From Spirochaetota bacterium (GTDB taxonomy: Bacteria; Spirochaetota; UBA4802; JAFGDQ01): 64,000 nt of DNA. Below are positions 41,203-51,453 of the stretch, in pieces. The DNA lies in assembly GCA_043803405.1 (NCBI GenBank), contig JAZDKB010000009.1, positions 96,001 through 160,000 on the forward strand, given 5' to 3'. Position numbers and translations under genes: made by a program. How positions within the stretch are numbered: position 1 is the stretch's first letter; every line of letters starts with the position of its first letter. The notes beneath the pieces are model-generated. The model ran no database searches. It worked only from the letters and a program-made list of their open reading frames with translations, and was not told the origin of the DNA.

Positions 41203-41274
41203 AGGCGCCGAGCGGATTTGAACCGCTGCATAAAGGTTTTGCAGACCTCTCCCTTGCCACTTGGGTACGGCGCC
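41203..41274 (-). tRNA. tRNA-Cys(GCA)
   Basis: Reverse strand GGCGCCG..CGGCGCC; AGGT-CTGCAAA-ACCT anticodon arm. Confidence 0.95.
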
Positions 41275-41380
41275 ATTGACAAATACATCACCTAAATACA
41301 AACATCTATCTAATACACAAATCTTTTGTCAATCAAAAAAGCCGAATGTTAAATACCTGCATTTTAGTGCTCCGGTTATT

Positions 41381-41791
41381 TTAAAAATTAATAAATTTCG
41401 CATCTCCCCATAACCGTTCCAGCTGATAATATTCCCTGAGATCCTTTGTGAATATATGTATTACTATTTCATAATAATCAAGCGCTATCCATCCGCTATC
41501 CAGTCTTGGATTAGGCACCCCCTGAAAACTTATGTTCTTAAAATATTTCTGAACTTCTTTTGCGAGAGCGCCGCAATGAATATGCGAATTGCCTGTACAA
41601 ATAATAAAATAATCGAAATAACTGTTTATTTTTCTTAAATCCATGAGAAGTATATCTTTTGCTTTCTTCTCATCAAGAAGAGCTGCACAGTTTTTTGCTG
41701 TCTCAAGAATTTTACTTTCCGGTATATTTTTTTTTAACACTTCATGCAATCCTGATGATCTATTTCTGTTATTTATATTTCGCAAGGTCAC
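41381..41791 (-). CDS. rsfS: Ribosome silencing factor
   Basis: KKAKDI, DYFIICTGNS, WIALDY and YYQLERLWGDA; true start may be downstream. Confidence 0.9.
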   Translation of the reverse strand: MTLRNINNRNRSSGLHEVLKKNIPESKILETAKNCAALLDEKKAKDILLMDLRKINSYFDYFIICTGNSHIHCGALAKEVQKYFKNISFQGVPNPRLDSGWIALDYYEIVIHIFTKDLREYYQLERLWGDAKFINF

Positions 41792-42881
41792 TGCCGATTA
41801 TTATAAGCACATTAGTAAGCTGACTGCTGTCTACAATATGATAAATATTTGTGACCCCCAGAAGGTCGGCGACTTTTTTTACAGGCCCAATTTCTCCTCT
41901 TCTATTTATAATTACCGTCTTTTCAAATGCCGGGTAAGGAGCAGTGCCGAACTCAAGGACATTAAATCCCTGGGTCACAAATTTATACCTAATTTTTCTG
42001 GCAAGTCCTGCAACATCGGTACCGTTTAATATTTTTACTTTAACCTGCTGCTCGGACTCATCATCTACAACAAGTTTTCTTAAAAATTCTTTGGAATATA
42101 TTTTATAAGCGATCTCATCTATAGCGTAAAAGCCGTCTTTTCCCGAAAAACCGGGTAATACAGTACATATTAAATCAGAATTCTTTTTTCTTAATAATTT
42201 TGTAAGTGATAAAATTTCCTGTGGAAGTAAATTAGTTTTTACTGTTTTTATAATTTCAGAAATAAACTCAATATTAAAAAATTTTTCATATTTTTCTTTA
42301 TTGTAAAACAATGTTAACAAAATATTCTGTATCCGATCGTATTTTTTATAAATTGAATTCTCTTCCACTGAATTTATATATTGATTTACTTTATCACCAT
42401 TAAAATAATTAAGGCCGAAATTTATTCCGTGAATATTCATCCCGTCCAGCACATAAAGTTCGATTCCGTTGATAAGATCAATAAATCTTTCAACATCAGG
42501 CGAATACAGAACAACATAAAACGGAATATTTATTTTTAAATCACGCCCTAAAGATTTGCTTAAATCATTAAAATCATTAATATTAATTTCGCTGATTTTA
42601 TTAAAATTTTTACCTTTTCCGTTAAAGTCTACTCTGTATTCAGGAGGTATAAACGTTATTCCGATTTTACTTTTTTCCGGGTTAATGCTTAATATGGCGT
42701 AAAAGATATGCTTGTTTTTTTTATAAACATTGCTTCCTGCAATAAGTATATTAATCATTTTCCTGCTTTCAACAAAGTTATCAACAGCATTTCTGGTGTT
42801 TTTTTTATAAAATAAAAATATGAACAGAAAAATGACTATTGCAGCTAAAGATATGCTGATAATGGCAATCTTATTTTTCAA
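41769..42881 (-). CDS. LCP-like protein with LytR C-terminal domain
   Basis: N-terminal TM; ILNGT.V.GLA and IIIGSD of LytR_C; nadD-LCP-rsfS order. Confidence 0.8.
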   Translation of the reverse strand: MKNKIAIISISLAAIVIFLFIFLFYKKNTRNAVDNFVESRKMINILIAGSNVYKKNKHIFYAILSINPEKSKIGITFIPPEYRVDFNGKGKNFNKISEININDFNDLSKSLGRDLKINIPFYVVLYSPDVERFIDLINGIELYVLDGMNIHGINFGLNYFNGDKVNQYINSVEENSIYKKYDRIQNILLTLFYNKEKYEKFFNIEFISEIIKTVKTNLLPQEILSLTKLLRKKNSDLICTVLPGFSGKDGFYAIDEIAYKIYSKEFLRKLVVDDESEQQVKVKILNGTDVAGLARKIRYKFVTQGFNVLEFGTAPYPAFEKTVIINRRGEIGPVKKVADLLGVTNIYHIVDSSQLTNVLIIIGSDLAKYK

Positions 42882-43462
42882 AATTTATAAAGCTCCTTTT
42901 TGATTATATATTTTCCCACGTCCGGCGGCACCAGATATCTGATCGATTTACCATTTCTTATGTTGCTTCTGATCCCGGAGGAACTTATCTCGATTAGTGG
43001 ATTATTAATTAATTTTACATCTTTTGCCTTTCTCATAATTTTTGTATTAATCTGATCGTACCCGGGCCGCTCCATAATAATAAAGGAAAGCATCTGCAAT
43101 AATTGATCAGCATTTTTCCATGTATCTACTTCATTAAAGGCGTCCGTTCCAATTAACAAGAATAATTCGGAATTCTTATAAATTGTAAATAATTGTTTTA
43201 TCGTAGTAATAAAATATGATTCGTCCGGCCTGTCTAACTCGATCCTTGAGGCCTCGAAATAAGGATTTTCCGATACAGCAAGCTCCACCATTTTAAATCT
43301 GTCATCTGAGGAAATATTGCCCTCGAGTACTTTATGAACCGGATGTCTGGAAGGAATAAACAGGACTTTGTCGAGCTGGAAAGCCTCTCTGATTATCTCG
43401 GCGTTTATTAAATGTCCATAATGTACAGGATTGAATGTACCGCCTAATAGTCCGATTTTCAA
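42878..43462 (-). CDS. nadD: Nicotinate-nucleotide adenylyltransferase
   Basis: GGTFNPVHYGHL and ISSS.IR. Confidence 0.95.
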   Translation of the reverse strand: MKIGLLGGTFNPVHYGHLINAEIIREAFQLDKVLFIPSRHPVHKVLEGNISSDDRFKMVELAVSENPYFEASRIELDRPDESYFITTIKQLFTIYKNSELFLLIGTDAFNEVDTWKNADQLLQMLSFIIMERPGYDQINTKIMRKAKDVKLINNPLIEISSSGIRSNIRNGKSIRYLVPPDVGKYIIKKELYKF

Positions 43463-44721
43463 TTTCTTATCTGGCCGCTCCCGTATATTACATATTTCAG
43501 GCAGGTTAAGCCCATTATACCCATGGTCCCGCGCGCATGGAGTTTCTGCGTGGAAATCCCGATCTCAGCTCCAAGCCCGAACTCGCCTCCATCATGAAAC
43601 CTTGTAGAAGAGTTTACAAATACTGCGGAAGAGTCAACTTTTTTCAGATAGTTTTCCGCGTTCTCATAGTCTGCTGTTACAATCGCTTCGGAATGATTGG
43701 ACCCGTACCTGTGTATATGATTTATTGCTTCTTCCATTGAATCTACTATTCTGACAGCCAATATCAAATCAAGATATTCTTCGTGCCAATCCGCTTCCGA
43801 AGCTTTTTTTACTTTTTCGGGCAATATGGCTAAAGTCCTATCGCATCCCCTGATCTCTACTCCCTTGTCGATAAGCGCTTTTAGCAGCCGCTTTGTTTCC
43901 GGAAAATCTTTATGAATCAGCAGGGTTTCCATCGCGTTGCAGACACCCGGCCTCTGGACTTTAGCATTAACTGAAATATTTATTGCCATCTCGGGTTCCG
44001 CGCTTTTGTCAATAAACGTATGACATACGCCTTTATCATGTTTAATAACAGGAATACGCGATTCTGCACTGACCATTTTTATGAGGCTTTCGCCGCCTCT
44101 TGGAATAACGATATCGATATACCCACTCATTTTAAGCAGCTGGATTACTGCTTCGTGCTCTGTTCTGTCAATAAAAGACACAGCCCCTACAGGGCACACG
44201 GATTTTTTAAGAACTTCATTGATAACGGAATAAAGGGCTTTGTTTGAAAATATCGATTCTTTACCGCCGCGGAGTATTGCTGCGTTTCCGGACTTTATTG
44301 CGAGAGCTGCAATATCCGTAGTTACATTAGGCCTGGATTCATATATCACTGCCACAACACCGATCGGGACTCTCATCTGCCCTACCCTGATGCCCGACGG
44401 CCTTACGCTCATAGATTCGATCCTGCCAACCGGATCTTCCAGCCTGGCAATATCTTCAATTGATGCTGCCATTCCGTTAAGCCTGTCGCTGTTCAGCAAA
44501 AGCCTGTCACGGACAGCTTTTGAAAGACCGGCTTTATCGGCCTCCGAAAGGTCTTTCTTATTTTCATCAGCGATAAAACCGGATTTCTCACGGATAGCCG
44601 CAGCAATATCATATAAAATTTTATTTTTTTCGTTTGTCGACAGGTTGGCAATTACTCTGGAAGCATTTTTGGCTTCTTCGCAAATACTGCCGATATATTC
44701 TGTAATATCCTTTTCAATCAT
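43459..44721 (-). CDS. proA: Gamma-glutamyl phosphate reductase
   Basis: IYESRPNVT, GVCNAMETLL and AEIGISTQKLHARG. Confidence 0.96.
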   Translation of the reverse strand: MIEKDITEYIGSICEEAKNASRVIANLSTNEKNKILYDIAAAIREKSGFIADENKKDLSEADKAGLSKAVRDRLLLNSDRLNGMAASIEDIARLEDPVGRIESMSVRPSGIRVGQMRVPIGVVAVIYESRPNVTTDIAALAIKSGNAAILRGGKESIFSNKALYSVINEVLKKSVCPVGAVSFIDRTEHEAVIQLLKMSGYIDIVIPRGGESLIKMVSAESRIPVIKHDKGVCHTFIDKSAEPEMAINISVNAKVQRPGVCNAMETLLIHKDFPETKRLLKALIDKGVEIRGCDRTLAILPEKVKKASEADWHEEYLDLILAVRIVDSMEEAINHIHRYGSNHSEAIVTADYENAENYLKKVDSSAVFVNSSTRFHDGGEFGLGAEIGISTQKLHARGTMGIMGLTCLKYVIYGSGQIRN

Positions 44722-44755
44722 AATAACTAATGTGAATCTTTCCTTAAATCAGCTG

Positions 44756-44932
44756 TCAAGCTTTCCCTTTTTTATCTTTCTTATCATCTTCGGTATTTTC
44801 ACCGCTGATGCTTTTTTTAAACTCCCTGATTCCGCCGCCGATATCTTTGGCTATCTTAGGGATTTTACCTGCTCCGAACAAAAGAAGAACGATAAAAAAT
44901 ATAATTACTAATTCTCCCATTCCAAGTCCCAT
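44756..44932 (-). CDS. tatA: Twin-arginine translocase TatA/E (58 aa, absent from the ORF track)
   Basis: Manual translation MGLGMGELVIIFFIVLLLFGAGKIPKIAKDIGGGIREFKK..; GGAGGT RBS. Confidence 0.92.
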   Translation of the reverse strand: MGLGMGELVIIFFIVLLLFGAGKIPKIAKDIGGGIREFKKSISGENTEDDKKDKKGKA

Positions 44933-45008
44933 AATTTACCTCCAGATGATGCTTATTCGATATAAACAGTTTTTTTATTCGTTTGTCAAATACAATAAAT
45001 GATCCGGG

Positions 45009-46016
45009 CTACATCTTTTGTGCCAACAGTTCCGCGATCTGAACAGCATTAAGCGCCGCACCCTTCCGAAGCTGGTCACCCGAGATAAAGAAATTCAGCC
45101 CGTTATCGCAGGAAACATCCTTGCGGATCCTTCCGACGTAACAATCGTCTTTTCCTGCCGCAAATAGCGGCATAGGGTACTTGCTGTTCGCTACATCATC
45201 AAATACCTGCAGCCCTGGCGCTTTCGAAAAAAGCTCCCTTGCCTTTTCAGGGGAAACCGGTTTTTCGGTTTCAATTGTAACAGCTTCCGAGTGCGCAGTA
45301 AACACAGGCACCCTTACGCAGGTAGCAGTTACTTTTATTGAAGTGTCACCCATTATCTTTTGCGTCTCATTATACATTTTCATCTCTTCTTTAGTGTATC
45401 CGTTATCCAGAAAGACATCGATATGCGGTATCAGGTTATAAAGGAGCTGATGCTTAAAGAACTCAACCTTTATTTCATGCCCTGCCGCCCACGCACGCGC
45501 CTGGTTCTCAAGCTCGTACATGCCTTTGGCGCCCGCACCGGAAGCAGACTGATAAGATGATACGACGACTCTGCTTATTCTACTGTGATCGTGAATGGGC
45601 TTTAGCGCAACAACCATTATTATTGTAGTGCAGTTCGGATTAGCAATAATCCCTTTATGTTTAAACGCATCGTCCGGATTAACTTCCGGAACAACAAGAG
45701 GAACGTCTTTTTCCATTCTAAAGGCGGAACTGTTGTCAATAACAACTGTGCCGTCAAGTACGGCAGAAGGTACGAATTCCCTGCTTATTGAAGCTCCGGC
45801 AGAAAAAAGAGCTATGTTTATATTTTTAAAGCTGGTATGTTTCAGTTCTTCTACTTTGTAAGATTTATGATTAAAGGTGTATTCCTTTCCGGCAGATCTT
45901 TTTGATGCCAGCAACACAAGTTTATCCACCGGGAAGTTACGCTGTTCAAGAATTTTAAGCATCGTTTCGCCGACAGCGCCGGTCGCACCAGCTATTGCCA
46001 CATTATATTTTTTCAT
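45009..46016 (-). CDS. asd: Aspartate-semialdehyde dehydrogenase
   Basis: GATGAVG, NPNCTT, SYQSASGAG and DQLRKGAALNAVQIAE. Confidence 0.96.
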   Translation of the reverse strand: MKKYNVAIAGATGAVGETMLKILEQRNFPVDKLVLLASKRSAGKEYTFNHKSYKVEELKHTSFKNINIALFSAGASISREFVPSAVLDGTVVIDNSSAFRMEKDVPLVVPEVNPDDAFKHKGIIANPNCTTIIMVVALKPIHDHSRISRVVVSSYQSASGAGAKGMYELENQARAWAAGHEIKVEFFKHQLLYNLIPHIDVFLDNGYTKEEMKMYNETQKIMGDTSIKVTATCVRVPVFTAHSEAVTIETEKPVSPEKARELFSKAPGLQVFDDVANSKYPMPLFAAGKDDCYVGRIRKDVSCDNGLNFFISGDQLRKGAALNAVQIAELLAQKM

Positions 46017-46111
46017 AGCTCCTCTTAATTTAATTATTTCGCTTTGTTGAATACATACCTTAAAAAAATAATTTGACTCTTTTGCAACAAAAAAATTTTT
46101 AAAATATATTT

Positions 46112-47215
46112 TTATTTAAAATTTTGAATTATATTCTCAACATTGTCGAGGAGAGCCTTAACAGCATCGGCAGCCTTTATTGTTTTCAGTTTTTTTCCTT
46201 TGGAGAAAAGCAGCATTTTCCCCTTTCTTCCTCCGGCTATGCCTATATCCGCGTGAGCCGCTTCCCCCGGGCCGTTTACCTCGCAGCCCATAACCGCAAT
46301 TGTTAAGCTGATATTTTTCTCCTTAAGCGCATTACCGAATTTTGCGTTTAATTCAGTTTCGACGCTTTGCGCAAGGGAAAGAATATCGAGTGAAGGATCG
46401 GTTCTCCCGCAGGTGGGGCACGATATTATACGCAAAACAGGCTTTCGCTCGCCCACAGACTCCAGTATCTTCTTTGCAACAACGATCTCATCCGCAGGAT
46501 CGCCTGTCATACTGACGCGTATTGTGTCGCCAATACCGTTAAGAAGCAAATGACCTATCGTTATTGAACTCTGAACAGCGCACGACATCCCGTAACCCGC
46601 CTCTGTAAGCCCAAGATGCAGCGGATAATTCCTTACGGAGGAAAAAAGCTCATTTGCCTCAATCGTCTGAAAAATATCCGAGGATTTTATGGACACAACA
46701 ATATCGAAAAAATCATTATCCTCCAGAATTTTTATGTGCTCCATGGCAGAATCAACCAGGCTTTGCGGAGAAACGCTGCCGTACTTTTTTGTATCCACAG
46801 AACCGCTGTTTACGCCCACACGTATGGGCACCGAGTAATCCTTTGCGGCCTTCAGCACCTCCCTCACTTTATCCGCGCTGCCGATATTCCCCGGATTTAT
46901 CCTCACCTTGTCAATGCCGGCCTCGATCGACTTAATCGCTATCCTGTAATTAAAGTGCACATCCGCGGAAAGCGGCGTATCCACGGCTTTCCGTATTTTT
47001 TTAAGATATTTAATCGACTCTTCGTTTCGTACAGCAAGCCTCATAAGACCGGCTCCCTCATCTGTCAATTTTCGTATTTGTTTTATTGTGCCTTCAACAT
47101 CCTCTATAGGAACATTTGTCATAGACTGAATTGACACAGGAGCATCTCCGCCTATTCCAAGGCCGCGCACCACAACTTTTCTTGTTTGTTTTCTGTTTTG
47201 TCTTAAATTGTCCAT
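46112..47215 (-). CDS. ispG: HMBPP synthase
   Basis: QSMTN, RINPGNIG, GIGDTIRVS, SCPTCGRT and MGCEVNGPGEA. Confidence 0.96.
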   Translation of the reverse strand: MDNLRQNRKQTRKVVVRGLGIGGDAPVSIQSMTNVPIEDVEGTIKQIRKLTDEGAGLMRLAVRNEESIKYLKKIRKAVDTPLSADVHFNYRIAIKSIEAGIDKVRINPGNIGSADKVREVLKAAKDYSVPIRVGVNSGSVDTKKYGSVSPQSLVDSAMEHIKILEDNDFFDIVVSIKSSDIFQTIEANELFSSVRNYPLHLGLTEAGYGMSCAVQSSITIGHLLLNGIGDTIRVSMTGDPADEIVVAKKILESVGERKPVLRIISCPTCGRTDPSLDILSLAQSVETELNAKFGNALKEKNISLTIAVMGCEVNGPGEAAHADIGIAGGRKGKMLLFSKGKKLKTIKAADAVKALLDNVENIIQNFK

Positions 47216-47517
47216 GCTGCTAATTACTTTCTAAATTAATAACTCATGCGTAATCGTTAACTATTTTCCCGTCGAGCAACCGGGGGAAATCCTGTTGTTA
47301 ACCAGGAACTAAATAGCACCTATTAAAGCATAAAATCAAGTAAATAAATTTTATTAGTTAATGTATAAGCGTATAGGAACTGGAAAAATTTATTATTTTA
47401 GCTTAAAATTAAATACTTTTTCATAGATATATTATATCTTGACAAAAAATCTGATTCGATTTATCGGGATTGTTAAAAAAGCAGAATATCAATTGAATAT
47501 TATTTATAGAGGATCTT

Positions 47518-48039
47518 GTGAAAAAAATTTTTGTATTATTTGTGTTTGCTTTGCTGATTTCAGCATGCAATAAAAGCTCCAGCGATTCCAGCGATACAAG
47601 CTTTAGGATGAAACCAAATACACTTACTAAGTTTGATTCGCCTGTGCCGGGGACTGAAATGAACTATAGTACAACTCTTGGAAGTGGAAATTATGCAATT
47701 ATATATAACGGAACTATCAATAATGAGAATTATGTTGGGATTTCTTTGAGTAATAATCCTGATCCTGAAGGAACAGAAAGTTTTAATTTAAAAATTTATT
47801 TTCAAAGCTCCACAATTCCTTCTAGTTTTGCGCTTACAACTACCAATTGTTCAATTACATATAAAACTGGAAGTAATACTTATACAGTGCTTTCAGGAGG
47901 GCCACTAACTTTAAATTTCGCATCAGCTCCGGCAACAAATACTACATATACTATATATACTATTACTTCAAGTGGTTCAATTAGTGTAGGAGGAAATGCA
48001 TTATCTTCTTTAAATATTAATGCAGTTAAAGCTAATTAA
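47518..48039 (+). CDS. Hypothetical lipoprotein
   Basis: Lipobox LISAC; S/T/N-rich. Confidence 0.7.
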   Translation: MKKIFVLFVFALLISACNKSSSDSSDTSFRMKPNTLTKFDSPVPGTEMNYSTTLGSGNYAIIYNGTINNENYVGISLSNNPDPEGTESFNLKIYFQSSTIPSSFALTTTNCSITYKTGSNTYTVLSGGPLTLNFASAPATNTTYTIYTITSSGSISVGGNALSSLNINAVKAN

Positions 48040-48096
48040 TTTTTTAAAATAAAAAATAATTTTTCAATTTTAGTTTAATTAAAATCTAAAATTATA

Positions 48097-48705
48097 TTAA
48101 TACTCGCTATATATCGACTTGTTCACGCCCCAAAGCGTAAAGCGCACGCCTATGAGCGCCTGAAAGCCCATAATGTTATCATCCTTTAAATCATTGAAGA
48201 AATACGTCTTGTGAACACCTAAATCAATATACCCGCTTATGCCTTGCGTGAACATGTAAAGTATTCCTGTCCATGCTGCAACGCAAAGGCCTGTATCGCT
48301 CTTATCGGTTAAGTATTCATTGCGAAATGTTGTAGTGTTCCAGCCATAATCTTCTTTTATGCTCACCTTGCCTGCGCCGACTCCAGCCGAATTTTTCCAG
48401 AAAAGCGGCAATTTTTTTATATTGTAAAGATATTCAACCCCTGCAATTCCCATAAAATATTTATATTCATTATTTTTCGTTGTAGCCTCATCTTCAATTT
48501 TCCGTTGATTATAAATTCCTTTAGCAAAAATATTGAAATCATCGGCAACCTGGTAAAGTAGCGCGCCTCCGCCACCGACCTGGTTTTTAGCGTCCATTGT
48601 CTGGGTAAAAGCCCCGGCGCCATCCAGGGAGATATTGCCCATCGCAAATGATTCAGTGCAAAATAATAAAAAAATAAAAATTCCCGGAATACTTTTTAAT
48701 CTCAT
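48097..48705 (-). CDS. Small outer-membrane beta-barrel protein
   Basis: Signal peptide; alternating beta-strand pattern ending ALIGVRF. Confidence 0.7.
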   Translation of the reverse strand: MRLKSIPGIFIFLLFCTESFAMGNISLDGAGAFTQTMDAKNQVGGGGALLYQVADDFNIFAKGIYNQRKIEDEATTKNNEYKYFMGIAGVEYLYNIKKLPLFWKNSAGVGAGKVSIKEDYGWNTTTFRNEYLTDKSDTGLCVAAWTGILYMFTQGISGYIDLGVHKTYFFNDLKDDNIMGFQALIGVRFTLWGVNKSIYSEY

Positions 48706-48846
48706 GGAGGCATCTCCCCTTAATTTGATCTGTGATTTAATTTGCTAAATATTATAAATATTATTTTAAATAATGTCAAATACAATTAGTTAGTCAACCT
48801 GACTTACTTTTATACCGGTTGTCCGCAGGCATTAAAATTATATCTT

Positions 48847-50268
48847 TTATTTTGAACTCTTTGCGTTCCAGTATAAATAAAAAGGAATACCGGCAGCCAT
48901 AAGCATTGCACCAAGCAATGCTTCACGGGTATTGGTAAAGAATGAAATGACAACAAGAACAAGACAGAATAAAATAAAAAAAGCAGGAATAACAGGGTAC
49001 CCCCAGACTTTATATGATCTTTCAAGATGAGGCTCTTTTACGCGCATAATAAAAACACCCAATGTGGTTGCCCCGTAAAAGAAAAAAGCAGCAAAAACAA
49101 GCATATCTGTCAGCTGGTCAAATCCACCGGAAACAACAAGAAGAGATGCCCAGACTGCCTGTATCCATAATGCATAATTTGGACTATTGTATTCCGGATG
49201 AATTTCCGCTGCTTTTGAAAAGAATAACCCGTCTTTGGCCATGGCGTAATATATTCTGGGCGGCATAAGGATAGTGCTGTTGGTACAGCCGAAAGCTGTG
49301 ATAAGTATCAAAAAGCTTAACATCATCACACCGGTTCCGCCTGCAAAACTGCTGACTACTGTTACTGCCGCAATTGCGTTCTGGGATTTATGAACTTCCA
49401 CTAAACTGTCTATTGGAAGGACAAATAAATAAGTAAAATTTACAAGCAGATAAACTGTTATTACAATAGCCATTCCGCCAAACAGAGCCAGCGGTAAATT
49501 TTTCTTTGAGTTTTTAATTTCTCCGCCTAAAAATCCTACGCTGTTCCATCCTTCGTAAGCCCAGAAAGCAGCAAGCATAGCTGCAAACATGGCTTTTATC
49601 AGACCAAAATCGTACCAGCTTTTCTGTACATACAAGGATGAATTGTGCGTAATGCCGGAAATATTTCCTCCGCCGAAAAACAAGCCAGAGATCACTATAA
49701 TCGCGAGTCCGGCAAGGATCAGCCTGGTAATGGAATTACTGAGCGAAGAACCCAGTTTTAATCCCCTGGTATTAATAAATGTTAATCCCACAATTAAAAG
49801 GATTGTTAATAATTTTACGCCAAAGTTCTCAAATGGTTTAAATGCGTTAAGGAATTCCATCTGTTCCAGGGACAGCGGCAGATGAGGCAAGGGAACAATT
49901 GAATTTAACGAGTGTGAAAAAAGGTAGGCAATTGAAGCGACTGCCGACGACTTAATTACTGTAAATACGCTCCACCCGTAAAGAAACGCCATAAACCGGC
50001 CGTAAATACGTTTAAAATATACGTATTCTCCTCCGGAATCCGCCAGCATGCCTGCTATTTCCGCGTTGCTTAATGCTCCAAAAAGCGATATTACTCCGGC
50101 TAACAGCCAGCAAAGCAAAACCAAAGAGGGTGACAGGAGTTCGGCCGACATTGGCGCTACTTTCTTATATACTCCGGAGCCAATAATAGAACTTACTACA
50201 AGTATTATGCTTGCTCCAAGTGTTAATGACTGTTTTAGTTCTCCTTGTTGTTTTGGCGTATTTCCCAT
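48847..50268 (-). CDS. APC family amino acid permease
   Basis: SIIGSGVY, GGEYVY, WAYEGW and RIYYAMAKDGLF. Confidence 0.92.
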   Translation of the reverse strand: MGNTPKQQGELKQSLTLGASIILVVSSIIGSGVYKKVAPMSAELLSPSLVLLCWLLAGVISLFGALSNAEIAGMLADSGGEYVYFKRIYGRFMAFLYGWSVFTVIKSSAVASIAYLFSHSLNSIVPLPHLPLSLEQMEFLNAFKPFENFGVKLLTILLIVGLTFINTRGLKLGSSLSNSITRLILAGLAIIVISGLFFGGGNISGITHNSSLYVQKSWYDFGLIKAMFAAMLAAFWAYEGWNSVGFLGGEIKNSKKNLPLALFGGMAIVITVYLLVNFTYLFVLPIDSLVEVHKSQNAIAAVTVVSSFAGGTGVMMLSFLILITAFGCTNSTILMPPRIYYAMAKDGLFFSKAAEIHPEYNSPNYALWIQAVWASLLVVSGGFDQLTDMLVFAAFFFYGATTLGVFIMRVKEPHLERSYKVWGYPVIPAFFILFCLVLVVISFFTNTREALLGAMLMAAGIPFYLYWNAKSSK

Positions 50269-50542
50269 TATTATTCCAGTTGATAGCCGCGGTATTTCTA
50301 TATATGATATTATCCTGACGGATATTTTATTCTATATTTATAAATATTTTATTTTGCAAAAAATATCATAATGGCAGGAAGACATTGCGTAAACGGATCT
50401 GCAGAACACCATTCAAGCTAAGCCAACCATGTATCTGAATAGAATTTTCTTTCCCATGGCTCCCCACAAATCTGTATTATCTAATATCTTTGCTGTATTT
50501 GACCATATAACTTCTCCATTTTTTAAGTCGATTTAAACAATA

Positions 50543-51289
50543 TTAATTATTAAAAAGAAGTGGTAATTTAAAATTAACTTGTTTTTCCCCTTTATCAAAT
50601 TCGCGACCTTCTATTATCATAATTGTTTTACCATTTTTTTCTAATCGACCGATTGTAAATTTATACTGTTTTGCTTTAAAAGACTGTATATCTTTTAAAG
50701 CATTTAAATCTATATCTTTTGGTTCTTCAAATTTCCATTTATATCCTTTCCATTTACTTAAAAAACCGTTATTTTCATCAGTGATGTTTAATGTTTCTGA
50801 AAATAATAATTTATGCTCACCAACTATTATGATATTTTTAGTAATATCGATCTTGATGGCTTTAAGTAATGCTAATTTTCCTTCTGCTTCAAATTGAATA
50901 AAATCCCCCTTCTTTTTTATTATTATTTCTGCTTTTCCTGTTGATGCCAATTCTATATTTTTAGAATATTTGAAAAATTCTGTATGTTCTTCTTTAGTTA
51001 TTCCGAGGTTTGGATGATAAGGCATTGGTTTTCCTTCAGGAATAGTCTTCATATAGTTCACAAACCACTGGTAATTTTTCCGTATTCCAACTTGAATTTT
51101 TTTTGCCAGTTCTTCTTGACGTTTATTTATTTTAGTCTCCATTATATCAGCAATTATTTTCCCTCCAGGTATAAGGATATTTACGTCTTTCTTTACATCA
51201 CCAGTTAGTTCTCTTAGGTTATTTGCTTGAGCTAAACTACAAATTACCAGCAAGTATAAAATAACAGCAATGCTAACGATTCGATTCAT
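50543..51289 (-). CDS. Secreted hypothetical protein (cassette ORF)
   Basis: Signal peptide ..LAQA; begins 30 bp after an attC-like R' site. Confidence 0.75.
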   Translation of the reverse strand: MNRIVSIAVILYLLVICSLAQANNLRELTGDVKKDVNILIPGGKIIADIMETKINKRQEELAKKIQVGIRKNYQWFVNYMKTIPEGKPMPYHPNLGITKEEHTEFFKYSKNIELASTGKAEIIIKKKGDFIQFEAEGKLALLKAIKIDITKNIIIVGEHKLLFSETLNITDENNGFLSKWKGYKWKFEEPKDIDLNALKDIQSFKAKQYKFTIGRLEKNGKTIMIIEGREFDKGEKQVNFKLPLLFNN

Positions 51290-51318
51290 ATATTTTCCTT
51301 ATTAAACTTATGATTTGA

Positions 51319-51429
51319 CCTTAACAATGAGAAAGTACAAGCATTCAATAAAATTCACGCAGAGGGCAAAGGTACATGCTCCACTGAGACAAATACGCCG
51401 CTTTGTCATACTGCAAGCCGATGTTAGGT
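51319..51429 (-). other. attC-like site 1 (111 bp)
   Basis: Minus strand R'' ACCTAAC ... R' GTTAAGG; GC-richer than flanks; between co-oriented ORFs. Confidence 0.7.
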
Positions 51430-51453
51430 AAATGTTTAGCCCAAGCTTTTTGC

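Noticed and set aside
34558..41274. tRNA-anchored genomic island
   Set aside because: I saw no duplicated tRNA 3' end or integrase, and the flanking genes are housekeeping.
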